IMG/VR virus record: IMGVR_UViG_3300003154_000682
Span: 74,354-105,546 of that record
Length of the DNA: 31,193 nt
Source of the DNA: a virus
Direction: 5' to 3' (one strand)
Shown: piece after piece, positions 9,582 to 18,387 of the stretch
Layout of the letters: each line of letters begins with the position of its first letter
Numbering within the stretch: position 1 is the stretch's first letter
Translations under genes and position numbers: made by a program
Notes under the pieces: model-generated
The model's input: the letters and a program-made list of their open reading frames with translations, nothing else
The model's database searches: none
What the model was told of the DNA's origin: nothing

Positions 9582-10673
9582 ATGAGTAAGAAAAAAGAAG
9601 ACGAAGTTATTAAAGAAGATGTGGTTAAAGATAGTGCCGAAAAACAACTTGAATTAGCTAAAAAAGCAATTACAAAGAAATACGGGGATGTGGTTTCTAC
9701 GCTTGAGAAGCATGGAGATATGCATATCCCTACAATTAGCACAGGTTGTTTGAGTCTTGATACAGCTTTAGGATGTGGTGGTATGGGGCTTGGTAGAATT
9801 TATGAAATTTATGGACCGAATAGTGGTGGAAAAAGTACATTGGCTGTGAATATAGTTATTCAAGCTCAACGTAGAGGGCTAAAGGCTTGTTATATTGATG
9901 CAGAGCATGCAGTAGATCCGAAACTATTTAGAGGTTACGGCGTTGACACAAAGGAGCTTGAGATAGTGCAAGGTTATGATGGTGAAGAGAACCTTGATAT
10001 ATTAGAACGTCTTGTTAAGACTGGAGCATTTGGTGTAGCAGTTATAGATAGTGTTAGTGCACTTCTTCCACGTGTTGAAGCAGAAGCTGACATAGACGAG
10101 CAACAGATGGGATTACAAGCTAAACTTATGAGCAAAGCTTTGCGTAAAATTACTCCAATAGCAAATCAAACCCAGACTCTTCTTATTTTTATCAATCAAC
10201 TTAGACATAAGATTGGCGGTTATGGTAATCCAGAAGTTACTACTGGTGGCGAAGGGCTTGCTTTTTACGCCACAGGTAGGATTTCTGTACGTGGTCCAGA
10301 GTCTAAAGCTCGTAGACTAGTAGATGCTACTAATGGAGAAGTATATGGTCATACCACAGAATTTGAAATTATAAAAAATAAATTAGCGGCACCATTCAAA
10401 AAAGCTAACGTAAATTTAATTTATGGGAAAGGGTATGATGCACACTGGGAAATTTTAGATTTAGCTTCAAGCACTGGTGTTCTCGATAAATCTGGAGCTT
10501 GGTATAAATACGAAGGAAATAATATTGCCCAAGGGGAACTTAATGCAGTTGCTTTTCTAAAGAATGACGCAAATAAGGAATTCTATAAAAAGATTAGAGA
10601 AGAAGTAATAAATCGAATTGGACTAAAGGAGGTCTATGAGCTTCATAGCCAGCAAGGTCCAATCTATTCTTAA
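9582..10673 (+). CDS. recA: RecA recombinase
   Basis: ISTGCLSLDTALGCGG, Walker A GPNSGGKST, YIDAEHAVDP, VIDSVSALLP, LIFINQLR, TTGGEGLAFYA, KNKLAAPFK, KSGAWY. Confidence 0.97.
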   Translation: MSKKKEDEVIKEDVVKDSAEKQLELAKKAITKKYGDVVSTLEKHGDMHIPTISTGCLSLDTALGCGGMGLGRIYEIYGPNSGGKSTLAVNIVIQAQRRGLKACYIDAEHAVDPKLFRGYGVDTKELEIVQGYDGEENLDILERLVKTGAFGVAVIDSVSALLPRVEAEADIDEQQMGLQAKLMSKALRKITPIANQTQTLLIFINQLRHKIGGYGNPEVTTGGEGLAFYATGRISVRGPESKARRLVDATNGEVYGHTTEFEIIKNKLAAPFKKANVNLIYGKGYDAHWEILDLASSTGVLDKSGAWYKYEGNNIAQGELNAVAFLKNDANKEFYKKIREEVINRIGLKEVYELHSQQGPIYS

Positions 10674-11004
10674 TGATTTATTTCCCTCTAATCCACATAG
10701 GAGAGTATTTGAAGAACATTTCATAAAATATAAAGGACATAAATTATTTTTTGATTTTTTTATCAAAGAGTTGGGTTGTTTTGTAGAGTGTCAGGGACGT
10801 CAACATTTTGAATTTGTGAAACATTTTCATGGTACAGCTGAAAATTTTAGATCCCAAAAATTTAGAGATAATTTAAAAATAGAATATGTTCAAGAGAATG
10901 GAATGTTCCTTATTAGATTATATGAGAATGAAAATATAGATAAGGATTTGATACTAAATAAGATAAATAAGGCTTTCGATAGCGAATACAATTTTTGTAA
11001 TTGA
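10636..11004 (+). CDS. Small PD-(D/E)XK-type (DUF559/Vsr-like) endonuclease
   Basis: LFFDFFIKELGCFVECQGRQHF...QKFRDNLKIEY...LIRL pattern; AGGAGG ribosome-binding site inside the recA 3' end. Confidence 0.7.
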   Translation: MSFIASKVQSILNDLFPSNPHRRVFEEHFIKYKGHKLFFDFFIKELGCFVECQGRQHFEFVKHFHGTAENFRSQKFRDNLKIEYVQENGMFLIRLYENENIDKDLILNKINKAFDSEYNFCN

Positions 11005-11019
11005 GGTTAGGAGAGAGAC

Positions 11020-11328
11020 ATGATTATAACAATGACTGACGATGAAAGAGAAAGTGGTAGAACTAAAGATTCAATAAAGTACAGAAAGGATTGTAATGAT
11101 TTTCAGTGTCTTGAAGATGGTACCATAGTTAGAGAATGTCGTTATTGTAATTTAAGTTTGCATTGTAGACAGATAGATATTGGTTTAGATGGTAAAGCCA
11201 TTCCCATGGAAGCTCATTATCTAACACTTACTGCAGAAGATGGTGAGTCATTTCATGAACTTTTCTGTAGTGGTATGTATGATCTACGCTCCTTAAATGA
11301 AAGAATAGAAGATGATAAAGTATCATAA
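11020..11328 (+). CDS. Hypothetical Cys-rich protein
   Basis: 102-aa ORF with a ribosome-binding site; cysteines in DCNDFQC, CRYC, HC and FCSG suggest metal binding. Confidence 0.6.
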   Translation: MIITMTDDERESGRTKDSIKYRKDCNDFQCLEDGTIVRECRYCNLSLHCRQIDIGLDGKAIPMEAHYLTLTAEDGESFHELFCSGMYDLRSLNERIEDDKVS

Positions 11329-11340
11329 GGAGATTGACAA

Positions 11341-11808
11341 ATGAACAAAGATGTCTTATCTTTTACCAAAGTAACAGTGAATCATAATTTGTTAGACGAA
11401 ATTTGGACACTTGACCCCAGAGCTATGGAGAGTATAGATGGAGCTAAGCTAAGTAGTTTTGCTGTAGCTCTGGCTCAATATCTTATTTATTTTACTTATC
11501 AAAGAAATTTAGCAAGAGCGGAACAACATAGACTTGACAAATATATAGATAGAACGGTGTCCATAGTTGTAACCTCCGACACCGAGCTTTTAAAAAAATA
11601 TAAAACCAAAGCCGCTGCTACAGATTATATAGTTTCAACAAATGAGTCTTTAATGGAGGCTCAGACACAACTAGACGCTCTACATACTGAGCTTCTACAA
11701 ACTGAGGGTATGGATAAGGTGATTTCTGAGCTAGTTGCTACGCTTAAACGGGAGCTAACTAGACGAGAGAATGAATTATACCAGGTAAGGGTGGAGAGAA
11801 AAAATTAA
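11341..11808 (+). CDS. Helical/coiled-coil protein, possibly a UvsY-like recombination mediator
   Basis: 155 aa, helical/heptad character, AAGGAG ribosome-binding site, located between recA and dnaB. The function is inferred from context only. Confidence 0.45.
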   Translation: MNKDVLSFTKVTVNHNLLDEIWTLDPRAMESIDGAKLSSFAVALAQYLIYFTYQRNLARAEQHRLDKYIDRTVSIVVTSDTELLKKYKTKAAATDYIVSTNESLMEAQTQLDALHTELLQTEGMDKVISELVATLKRELTRRENELYQVRVERKN

Positions 11809-13223
11809 TGTACGATATAAAAATAAAAGAGATGTTCTGTAGACCTACAGATGAGAGAGCATTAATCGCCTACTGTATGAAAGATTTATCACATTATTTT
11901 GCTGTGTGTTCTAAACTCACACCTTCTGATTTTCTATATACTCAACATGAAATGACTATGCTTTTATTCGAAGCACTTGCTGCTAAAGGGGCGGAGAAAT
12001 TTGAGACCAATTTAATCATTGCTGAAGCTACTGCTAATGGTGTTATTGATATGATTGGTGGAGTAAAGTATATAAAGACCATTTCAAGTATGCAGGTAGA
12101 TGATAGTAATTTTGATTTATACTTTAAAGCTGTAATCGAAGCTACTACAAAATATAAGTTATATACAATTCTTGCTGATAAGATAGGAAAAATAGAAAAG
12201 AATGCTAAAGATGGTTTGGAAAGTGCTGATTTATTAAGTAGTGTAGAAACTTCTATTCTTGACTTATCTATGGCAGGTTTAAATATAAATGAACCAATAA
12301 ATCTTGGCGACGGCTTAAAAGAATATATTGAAAACTTGCGAGAGAATCAGATAGAATTAAGTGGACTATCAACGGGATATCCAATTCTTGATAAACAAAT
12401 AGATGGAATGGTTCCTGGAACTCTTTTAGTTATTGCTGCTCGTAAAAAGCAAGGTAAGAGTACTTTTTTATCTAACATAGCAGTTCATGTAGCCTATCGT
12501 TTGAAAGTACCAGTGTTGTATGTGGATACAGAGTTATCTTTTCCCGAATGGAGATCTAGAGCAGTAGCCACTATCTCTGGTGTTAAAGAACGTGATATTA
12601 AACATGGCGGGTATGATGAAATACAATATAATAAATTGATGAAGGCGGAAGCCCTTATTAGTAAAGGAAAACTTTTTCATGAATACATGCCTGGATATTC
12701 TGTAGATAAACTGGTAGCCTTATATAAGAAATATAAACATAAAGAAAAGATCGGTCTTATAATTTTTGATTATTTAAAAGAGCCAGATAGTTCCTCAGTA
12801 GATAAAGAAAGAAAAGAATATCAATTACTTGGTGATGTTACTACAAAACTTAAAGACTTAGCTGGAAGGTTAAATATCCCAGCCTTAACAGCGGTACAAC
12901 TTAGTAGAGCCAATGATATTGCTGATAGTGACAGAATAGCACGTTATGCTGATGTTATATGTTTTTGGGGAGATAGGGATAAAGAAGAGATACAAACTGG
13001 TGGTTATGAATGCGGTTCACATAAACTTGTTATTAAAGATACAAGACGAGGTGGAGCAACAAATAAAGAAGGTATAGGTTATATGTTTTTTAAAGAATTC
13101 ATGAAGATACGTGAGGTTCCTATAGATCGTCAATATTTTGCTAATTTTGATAGGGTAATTAATGCTGATAGTGCTACCGAAGGAGTAAGCTATGACGGCT
13201 ACGAAGATGAAGAGTTATCATAA
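11808..13223 (+). CDS. dnaB: Replicative DNA helicase, DnaB family
   Basis: N-terminal ERALIA..DF domain, GLSTGYPILDKQIDGMVPGTLLVIAARKKQGKS (Walker A), YVDTE, IIFDYL (Walker B), VQLSR, ADSDRIARYAD. Confidence 0.95.
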   Translation: MYDIKIKEMFCRPTDERALIAYCMKDLSHYFAVCSKLTPSDFLYTQHEMTMLLFEALAAKGAEKFETNLIIAEATANGVIDMIGGVKYIKTISSMQVDDSNFDLYFKAVIEATTKYKLYTILADKIGKIEKNAKDGLESADLLSSVETSILDLSMAGLNINEPINLGDGLKEYIENLRENQIELSGLSTGYPILDKQIDGMVPGTLLVIAARKKQGKSTFLSNIAVHVAYRLKVPVLYVDTELSFPEWRSRAVATISGVKERDIKHGGYDEIQYNKLMKAEALISKGKLFHEYMPGYSVDKLVALYKKYKHKEKIGLIIFDYLKEPDSSSVDKERKEYQLLGDVTTKLKDLAGRLNIPALTAVQLSRANDIADSDRIARYADVICFWGDRDKEEIQTGGYECGSHKLVIKDTRRGGATNKEGIGYMFFKEFMKIREVPIDRQYFANFDRVINADSATEGVSYDGYEDEELS

Positions 13224-14256
13224 TTATAAAGAAAAGGGATGGGAAGATTTTAAAGATAAATTAGATTATTTAAAAACTTCTATAGATCCTAGGTATCTCT
13301 TAGAAAATCTTGGTATATCAGTAGAGCACGAAACTTACAAAGAGATAAGATGTGGATGTCCTGTTCATCATGGAGATAATAAGACCGCATTTAGATTTAA
13401 TAAAGAAACCCGAACGTGGGTATGTTTTACTCATAAATGTCATGAAGCACATGGAAACGATATAGTAGGACTTATAAAAGCCATAACCGGTAAAGATTTC
13501 ATTGAGTCTGTTAATTACTTAAAATTTTTAATGGGTGATACAAATGAAGTAGATTACATAGAAGCCAAAAGAAAAAGAGAGATCTCAACTTTTATACAAT
13601 CTTATGGCTCAGTAACTTTAAAACATAAATCAGTTAATGAAAATTCTTTAAATAAATTCAAGACATTACGTACAGGATATTTTTCAAGCAAAGGATATAA
13701 GAGTTCTACATTAGACTATTTTGAGATAGGGGGAGGCTGGGTCGATTCTCAAGGTGTAGCACGAGAAATTATTCCTATCAGGGATCATCATGGTTCTCTT
13801 GCAGCATATAGTCTGAGAGATATTAGAAACAATAATGAAGATGATGATGATTTCAAATATATTCTTACACCAGGTTTTGATAAACAAAACTGTTTATATA
13901 ATTTAGATAAAGCTCAGAAATATGGAGATACACTTCCTATTATAGTGGTTGAAGGTTTTAAAAGCGTATGGAGACTTTATGAGTATGGTATCAAAAATGT
14001 TGTAGCCACTATAGGAGCTGGTATAACAGAAGGACAACAACTATTATTACTTAGATACGCATTAAAGGGTATAGTAGTGATGTCTGATAATGATAAAGCA
14101 GGAGTAGAGGCTACTATAAAAGCCTGTAATATTTTAGGCGGGAAATTGGATGTATATCCTGTTTTTATACAAGAAGTAGATGAAAATGGTAAGGGTTTAG
14201 ATCCATCGGATCTTACACAACAACAAGTATATGAATACTTAGAAACTTATTTTTAG
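13192..14256 (+). CDS. dnaG: DNA primase, DnaG-type (CHC2 zinc finger + TOPRIM)
   Basis: CPVHHGDNKTAF...WVCFTHKC zinc finger, IIPIRD, KY..TPGFDK..LYNL, VVEG, DNDKAG, LDPSD. Alternative start at ATG 13207. Confidence 0.92.
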   Translation: MTATKMKSYHNYKEKGWEDFKDKLDYLKTSIDPRYLLENLGISVEHETYKEIRCGCPVHHGDNKTAFRFNKETRTWVCFTHKCHEAHGNDIVGLIKAITGKDFIESVNYLKFLMGDTNEVDYIEAKRKREISTFIQSYGSVTLKHKSVNENSLNKFKTLRTGYFSSKGYKSSTLDYFEIGGGWVDSQGVAREIIPIRDHHGSLAAYSLRDIRNNNEDDDDFKYILTPGFDKQNCLYNLDKAQKYGDTLPIIVVEGFKSVWRLYEYGIKNVVATIGAGITEGQQLLLLRYALKGIVVMSDNDKAGVEATIKACNILGGKLDVYPVFIQEVDENGKGLDPSDLTQQQVYEYLETYF

Positions 14257-14269
14257 GAGGAATTATATT

Positions 14270-14581
14270 ATGGATGGAGAAAATTTTGTAAGTTTAAAAG
14301 GTACACTTCAATGGCCAGAGTTTAAAGTGGTAGGAGAAAAGAACAGTAAGCTCTTTAAAGGTAAACTTGCTATTCCTATTGGAGAAAAATCTCAATATAT
14401 TAAAATTGCAGCTTGGAATGACATAGCTGAAGGATTGAATGACTTATCCAAAGATGCTTTCATTCATATACATGGACACATAGAAGAACGTTCTTATGAT
14501 GGGACATGTAAACATTGTAAAGGACAGGAAAAGAAGTACTGGACAGAAGTTATTGTTGATAATTTTACTCGACTAAATTAA
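14270..14581 (+). CDS. ssb: Single-stranded DNA-binding protein (OB fold) with CxxC insert and no acidic tail
   Basis: NFVSLKG, YIKIAAW..IAE, IHIHGHIEERSY, YWTEVIVDNF; AGGAGG ribosome-binding site. Confidence 0.85.
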   Translation: MDGENFVSLKGTLQWPEFKVVGEKNSKLFKGKLAIPIGEKSQYIKIAAWNDIAEGLNDLSKDAFIHIHGHIEERSYDGTCKHCKGQEKKYWTEVIVDNFTRLN

Positions 14582-14592
14582 TAAGGAGAATT

Positions 14593-14970
14593 ATGGAAGA
14601 TACTTATGTTAAAGGGACGCCCCCTATGTTAATGCTCCCAGCAAAAAATTACGTTTTTAAATCTAACGCCAAACTTTTTGAAATTACACTTCCCATTAGG
14701 GGAAATTACCATGATTTGGACCCCTCTTTTTTTCCTGAGGATGCTGGAGATTTCAATGTGTTTGATGAAGAAACTAAAACATTATATTTACCAGTAATTA
14801 CTAAAATTCTTTTTGCTATCAGTAAATATCCAGATTTGGAATTCAATCAATTTTTTGCTCCTGTGGCATTAAAATTTAATGGTGATGAAATTACTCTTAT
14901 AGCTCAGGTTCTGGATATGATGATAGCTAAAAGGACAGAAGAAATGGATACAGAAGGGTGTAAAATATGA
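14593..14970 (+). CDS. Hypothetical protein
   Basis: 125-aa ORF with AAGGAG ribosome-binding site; ATGA overlap with the next gene. Confidence 0.6.
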   Translation: MEDTYVKGTPPMLMLPAKNYVFKSNAKLFEITLPIRGNYHDLDPSFFPEDAGDFNVFDEETKTLYLPVITKILFAISKYPDLEFNQFFAPVALKFNGDEITLIAQVLDMMIAKRTEEMDTEGCKI

Positions 14971-15320
14971 AATGTATTAATTGTGGTAGTGATAAGTTCA
15001 ATACATTTTTTACTGAGACAATGCCATGTTCTCATTGTAATGAAATAAATAATATATCATACCATGCTTGTCAAAACTGCGGACTAATTTGGAAGTCTAT
15101 AGGGGATAAAATTTTGGAAGGGGTCATGTTCGCTGAGCCAGATTTGGGACAACTTTTGGGCGATTCCATAGATAAATTATCTTCTTTTGTTGGAAATTCA
15201 ACTAGAAATTCCATGCAGGAAATCATACACAAATGTTTAAGATGCAACACAGTCTCATTTGAAATAGGACCCAAATTATATCATTGTCCAGACTGTGGTT
15301 TTGAGTGGGAGGTAATATAA
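14967..15320 (+). CDS. Multi-CxxC zinc-ribbon protein
   Basis: Five CxxC pairs: CINC, CSHC, CQNC, CLRC, CPDC. Confidence 0.7.
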   Translation: MKCINCGSDKFNTFFTETMPCSHCNEINNISYHACQNCGLIWKSIGDKILEGVMFAEPDLGQLLGDSIDKLSSFVGNSTRNSMQEIIHKCLRCNTVSFEIGPKLYHCPDCGFEWEVI

Positions 15321-16124
15321 GTGAGTGATTACTATTCTATATTAGGAGTTGAACGTTCTGCTTCCCAGGAAGAGATAAAAAAAGCTTATAGAAAACTTTC
15401 TATGGAACATCATCCAGATCGTAATTCTGGAAATAAAGAGTCTGAAGATAAATTTAAAGAAATAAGTGTGGCGTATGCGACTTTATCAGATGTTAATAAA
15501 AGAAAAGAGTACGACAATCCAAATCCTTTTGGTAATATTTTTAATGGTTTTCCTGGATTTGGTGGTATGCGGCAGAGACCCCAAAAACCAGATCTTAACA
15601 GTCCTAGAAATGGAAATGTTCTTGGTGTTGAGTCTCAAATCCCGCTTAAAATTTTTATCTTTGGCGGTAAATATAAAATAAAATTATCATATTATGAGGG
15701 TTGCGATACTTGTGGTGGGAAAGGATTCGAACACGGTACAGAATGTGATTATTGTCATGGTGATGGATATGTCCAACATGTAGAACGTGGACCAGGATTT
15801 GCTTCTTCTTCTACACAACCTTGTCCTAAGTGCCAAGCAAAAGGTATAATGGGTACAGATACCTGTACAGTTTGTAAAGGTTCCGGAAACGTATCTGTTG
15901 AGGATAAAGAATTTGAATTTGATATTCCACCAGGTGCTAGAATTGGTTCCAGATTTATTTTGAATCGTGTTGGTAGAACTGGTTTAAATGGTGGTAGTCG
16001 GGGAGATGTAGTAATGATAATAGTAGGAATAGAACCACCAAATATCACTAATTTAGATAATTCTCAGATAGCAGAATTAAGATTTCTATTAGAGACGCTT
16101 GACAATGACAATAAGAATACTTAG
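15321..16124 (+). CDS. dnaJ: DnaJ (Hsp40) co-chaperone, C-terminally shortened
   Basis: DYYSILGV...[18 protein letters not shown]-domain, short G/F region, four CxxCxxxG repeats ([32 protein letters not shown]), IPPG..G; 267 aa. Confidence 0.93.
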   Translation: MSDYYSILGVERSASQEEIKKAYRKLSMEHHPDRNSGNKESEDKFKEISVAYATLSDVNKRKEYDNPNPFGNIFNGFPGFGGMRQRPQKPDLNSPRNGNVLGVESQIPLKIFIFGGKYKIKLSYYEGCDTCGGKGFEHGTECDYCHGDGYVQHVERGPGFASSSTQPCPKCQAKGIMGTDTCTVCKGSGNVSVEDKEFEFDIPPGARIGSRFILNRVGRTGLNGGSRGDVVMIIVGIEPPNITNLDNSQIAELRFLLETLDNDNKNT

Positions 16125-16638
16125 TTTAGACATAGCCACTACTACAGGATGGTCATTTGTATCTAGTGATAATATGTCAGAGATTAAGAGAGGGCTGATA
16201 AAAACTAATAATAAATTTAGCTTATCTAAAAGACTTTCTAACTTTAGAGAAGAACTTACTAAATTATTAGAATTATTTAAGCCCTCTCACGTAGTTATAG
16301 AAGACATATTCTCTGGACTAAATGTAAATACCATGAAATTATTAGCTAAATATGCGGGTGTGGCTCAGGAATGCTGTATGACTATCTCTAATATAGAACC
16401 ATATATTATCCATACAAGTACTGTTAAAGCATATTTTAAAGCTAAAGATAAACAGGATGTATTTAATATTGTAATTGATATTATAGATTGGACCGACTCT
16501 ATATTTAAAAGAGATAATGATATAACAGACGCTATAGCTCAATTGCTATGTTACTATGACGAAATATCTGAAGGAACTAAATATAGATTTAAAAAAGAAT
16601 ACGGTTATTTATACAAAATAGGAGTAAACAATGAGTAA
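16105..16638 (+). CDS. ruvC: RuvC-like Holliday junction resolvase
   Basis: [15 protein letters not shown]...[33 protein letters not shown]: the acidic catalytic set D/E/D/D. Confidence 0.85.
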   Translation: MTIRILSLDIATTTGWSFVSSDNMSEIKRGLIKTNNKFSLSKRLSNFREELTKLLELFKPSHVVIEDIFSGLNVNTMKLLAKYAGVAQECCMTISNIEPYIIHTSTVKAYFKAKDKQDVFNIVIDIIDWTDSIFKRDNDITDAIAQLLCYYDEISEGTKYRFKKEYGYLYKIGVNNE

Positions 16639-17206
16639 AAATATTACTATAGAGGCGATAGAACAGAGTGGTTATAAAGTCTACGCTGGTACAGAGGAAT
16701 TTCCTGAAGGTAGGGTTTGGACGGGTCCTAGAGAATGGGTTACTGGTAAAAGTAATGCTATGGTTAAACATAATGGTAAGTTCTTAAAGTTGTTGAAGCA
16801 TAATGCAGGTTATTTGATGGTTATTCTGTCTATCAATAAGAAAAGAAATAGTTTCTTAGTGCATAGACTTATAGCCATGAAATATTTTAACATTAAACCA
16901 GAACAAGAAGTTGACCACCGTAATTGTAATCGTGCTGATAACAAACTTTGTAATCTCAGAGTGGTGACGTCACAACAAAATAAGTTTAATCAATTAAGAA
17001 GAAATAAGGGTACTAGTAAATATAAAGGAGTTTCTTTTTTCAAAAGAGATGGGAAATGGGCAGCCAGCATTAAATATAATGGAAAGAAAATACATCTAGG
17101 TCTTTTTGATTCTGAAATAGATGCAGCTAAAACTTATGATAATGAAGCTATAAAGTTATTTGGAGAGTATATGAATTTGAATTTTACAGAAAAAGGTGAA
17201 GTATGA
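16631..17206 (+). CDS. Free-standing HNH homing endonuclease with C-terminal AP2 domain
   Basis: GYLMV.L, VHRLIA, VDHRNCNRADNKLCNLR..T..QN (HNH); SKYKGV...KWAASI..NGKKIHLGLFDSEIDAAKTYD (AP2). Confidence 0.92.
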   Translation: MSKNITIEAIEQSGYKVYAGTEEFPEGRVWTGPREWVTGKSNAMVKHNGKFLKLLKHNAGYLMVILSINKKRNSFLVHRLIAMKYFNIKPEQEVDHRNCNRADNKLCNLRVVTSQQNKFNQLRRNKGTSKYKGVSFFKRDGKWAASIKYNGKKIHLGLFDSEIDAAKTYDNEAIKLFGEYMNLNFTEKGEV

Positions 17207-18366
17207 AAAATAACATAAAAGTAAGTTCCACTAGAATATCGTCTTTCCTATCATGTAAGCAAAAGTATTGGTTTAATTACTATAGTAAATTTCCAAAAGT
17301 GTCTAATCCCTCTTTTAAATTAGGAACCGCTGTGCATGAATCATTAGAACTGGCAGGCAACATATGGAAAAAGAAGGAGAAATTTTCTGAAGCAGACATT
17401 AAAAAAATTCTTGAAAAATATGATAACGTATCTATTAGTGAAGGTATCGAAGATTATGAAGTTCATGCTGAAGGTAGGGAATTAGTAAGTAAAAGATTAA
17501 GAAGTTTTATGACTGGAAAGAAGATAATTGGTCTCGAAATTAAATTTGGATTCTGGGGAGAAAATGGCGGACATGATGTCACATCTGAATTTGGTGTTCC
17601 ATTAATGGGTGCTATTGATAAAGTAGAGGAATTAAGCGAAGATACAATAATTATTATTGATTATAAAACATCTAAGACAGCTCCCACAAGCTCACAGATG
17701 AAGACTGATATTCAATTATCTTTGTACGATTTAGTAGCTAGAAAAATGTTTCCACAATATAAGAGAGTTATCTTAGCTCTTGACCTATTAAAGTCCGAAA
17801 TGTTATATACATACAGAACGGATGAACAAAGAAAAGCTTTTGAACATTATTTAAAGGTTGTATACGAGCAAATGTTGGATTTAAAAGAAGAGAATGTGAA
17901 AGCATCATTAAACGCTTTTTGTCCATGGTGTGATTTTAAGGACTATTGCTCCACTTACCAGAGTGCATGTAAAAAATCTGATTACACTTTTCTTCCTACA
18001 ATGCAATATGATAATAACCAGCTAATATCGGAATGGGGAATGGTTAAATCTGTTAAAAAGATTTTAGAAAGCCGTGAAAGAGAGTTGGGTATGGTTATAA
18101 TGGAAAAGATTAAAAGCAACGCTAGTAATTTGAAAGGGGATAATAAGGAAATTTATATAAGACAAAACTCCTCAACAAATTATAATCTTAAAACCATAGC
18201 TGATACCGTACCTACTGAAGATTTTCCTTCTCTGGTCAACTTAAATAAAAAGGCTGTAGAAACTTATATAGATATGAATCCGTCTATTAAGGAAATTATA
18301 CAAGATTCGTCTACTACAAATTATACCACTCCATTTTTAGCCGAGCGGAAAATAAAGGAAAAATAA
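17203..18366 (+). CDS. PD-(D/E)XK nuclease, Cas4/AddB-like with Fe-S staple cysteines
   Basis: S.TRISSFLSCKQKY, GTAVHESLE, GAIDKV, IIDYKT, QLSLY, CPWCDFKDYC; C-terminal extension. Confidence 0.88.
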   Translation: MKNNIKVSSTRISSFLSCKQKYWFNYYSKFPKVSNPSFKLGTAVHESLELAGNIWKKKEKFSEADIKKILEKYDNVSISEGIEDYEVHAEGRELVSKRLRSFMTGKKIIGLEIKFGFWGENGGHDVTSEFGVPLMGAIDKVEELSEDTIIIIDYKTSKTAPTSSQMKTDIQLSLYDLVARKMFPQYKRVILALDLLKSEMLYTYRTDEQRKAFEHYLKVVYEQMLDLKEENVKASLNAFCPWCDFKDYCSTYQSACKKSDYTFLPTMQYDNNQLISEWGMVKSVKKILESRERELGMVIMEKIKSNASNLKGDNKEIYIRQNSSTNYNLKTIADTVPTEDFPSLVNLNKKAVETYIDMNPSIKEIIQDSSTTNYTTPFLAERKIKEK

Positions 18367-18387
18367 ACAGGAAAAGGGGGAATATGT

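Noticed and set aside
11533-11542. Third CTTGACAAAT copy
   Set aside because: It lies inside a CDS and lacks the downstream TATGYATTA/-10 element.
9582-13223. Inteins or introns in RecA or DnaB
   Set aside because: Both have normal lengths and contiguous motifs.
17203-18366. CRISPR-Cas system suggested by the Cas4-like nuclease
   Set aside because: No cas1/cas2 and no repeat-spacer array in the window; solo Cas4-like nucleases are common in phages.
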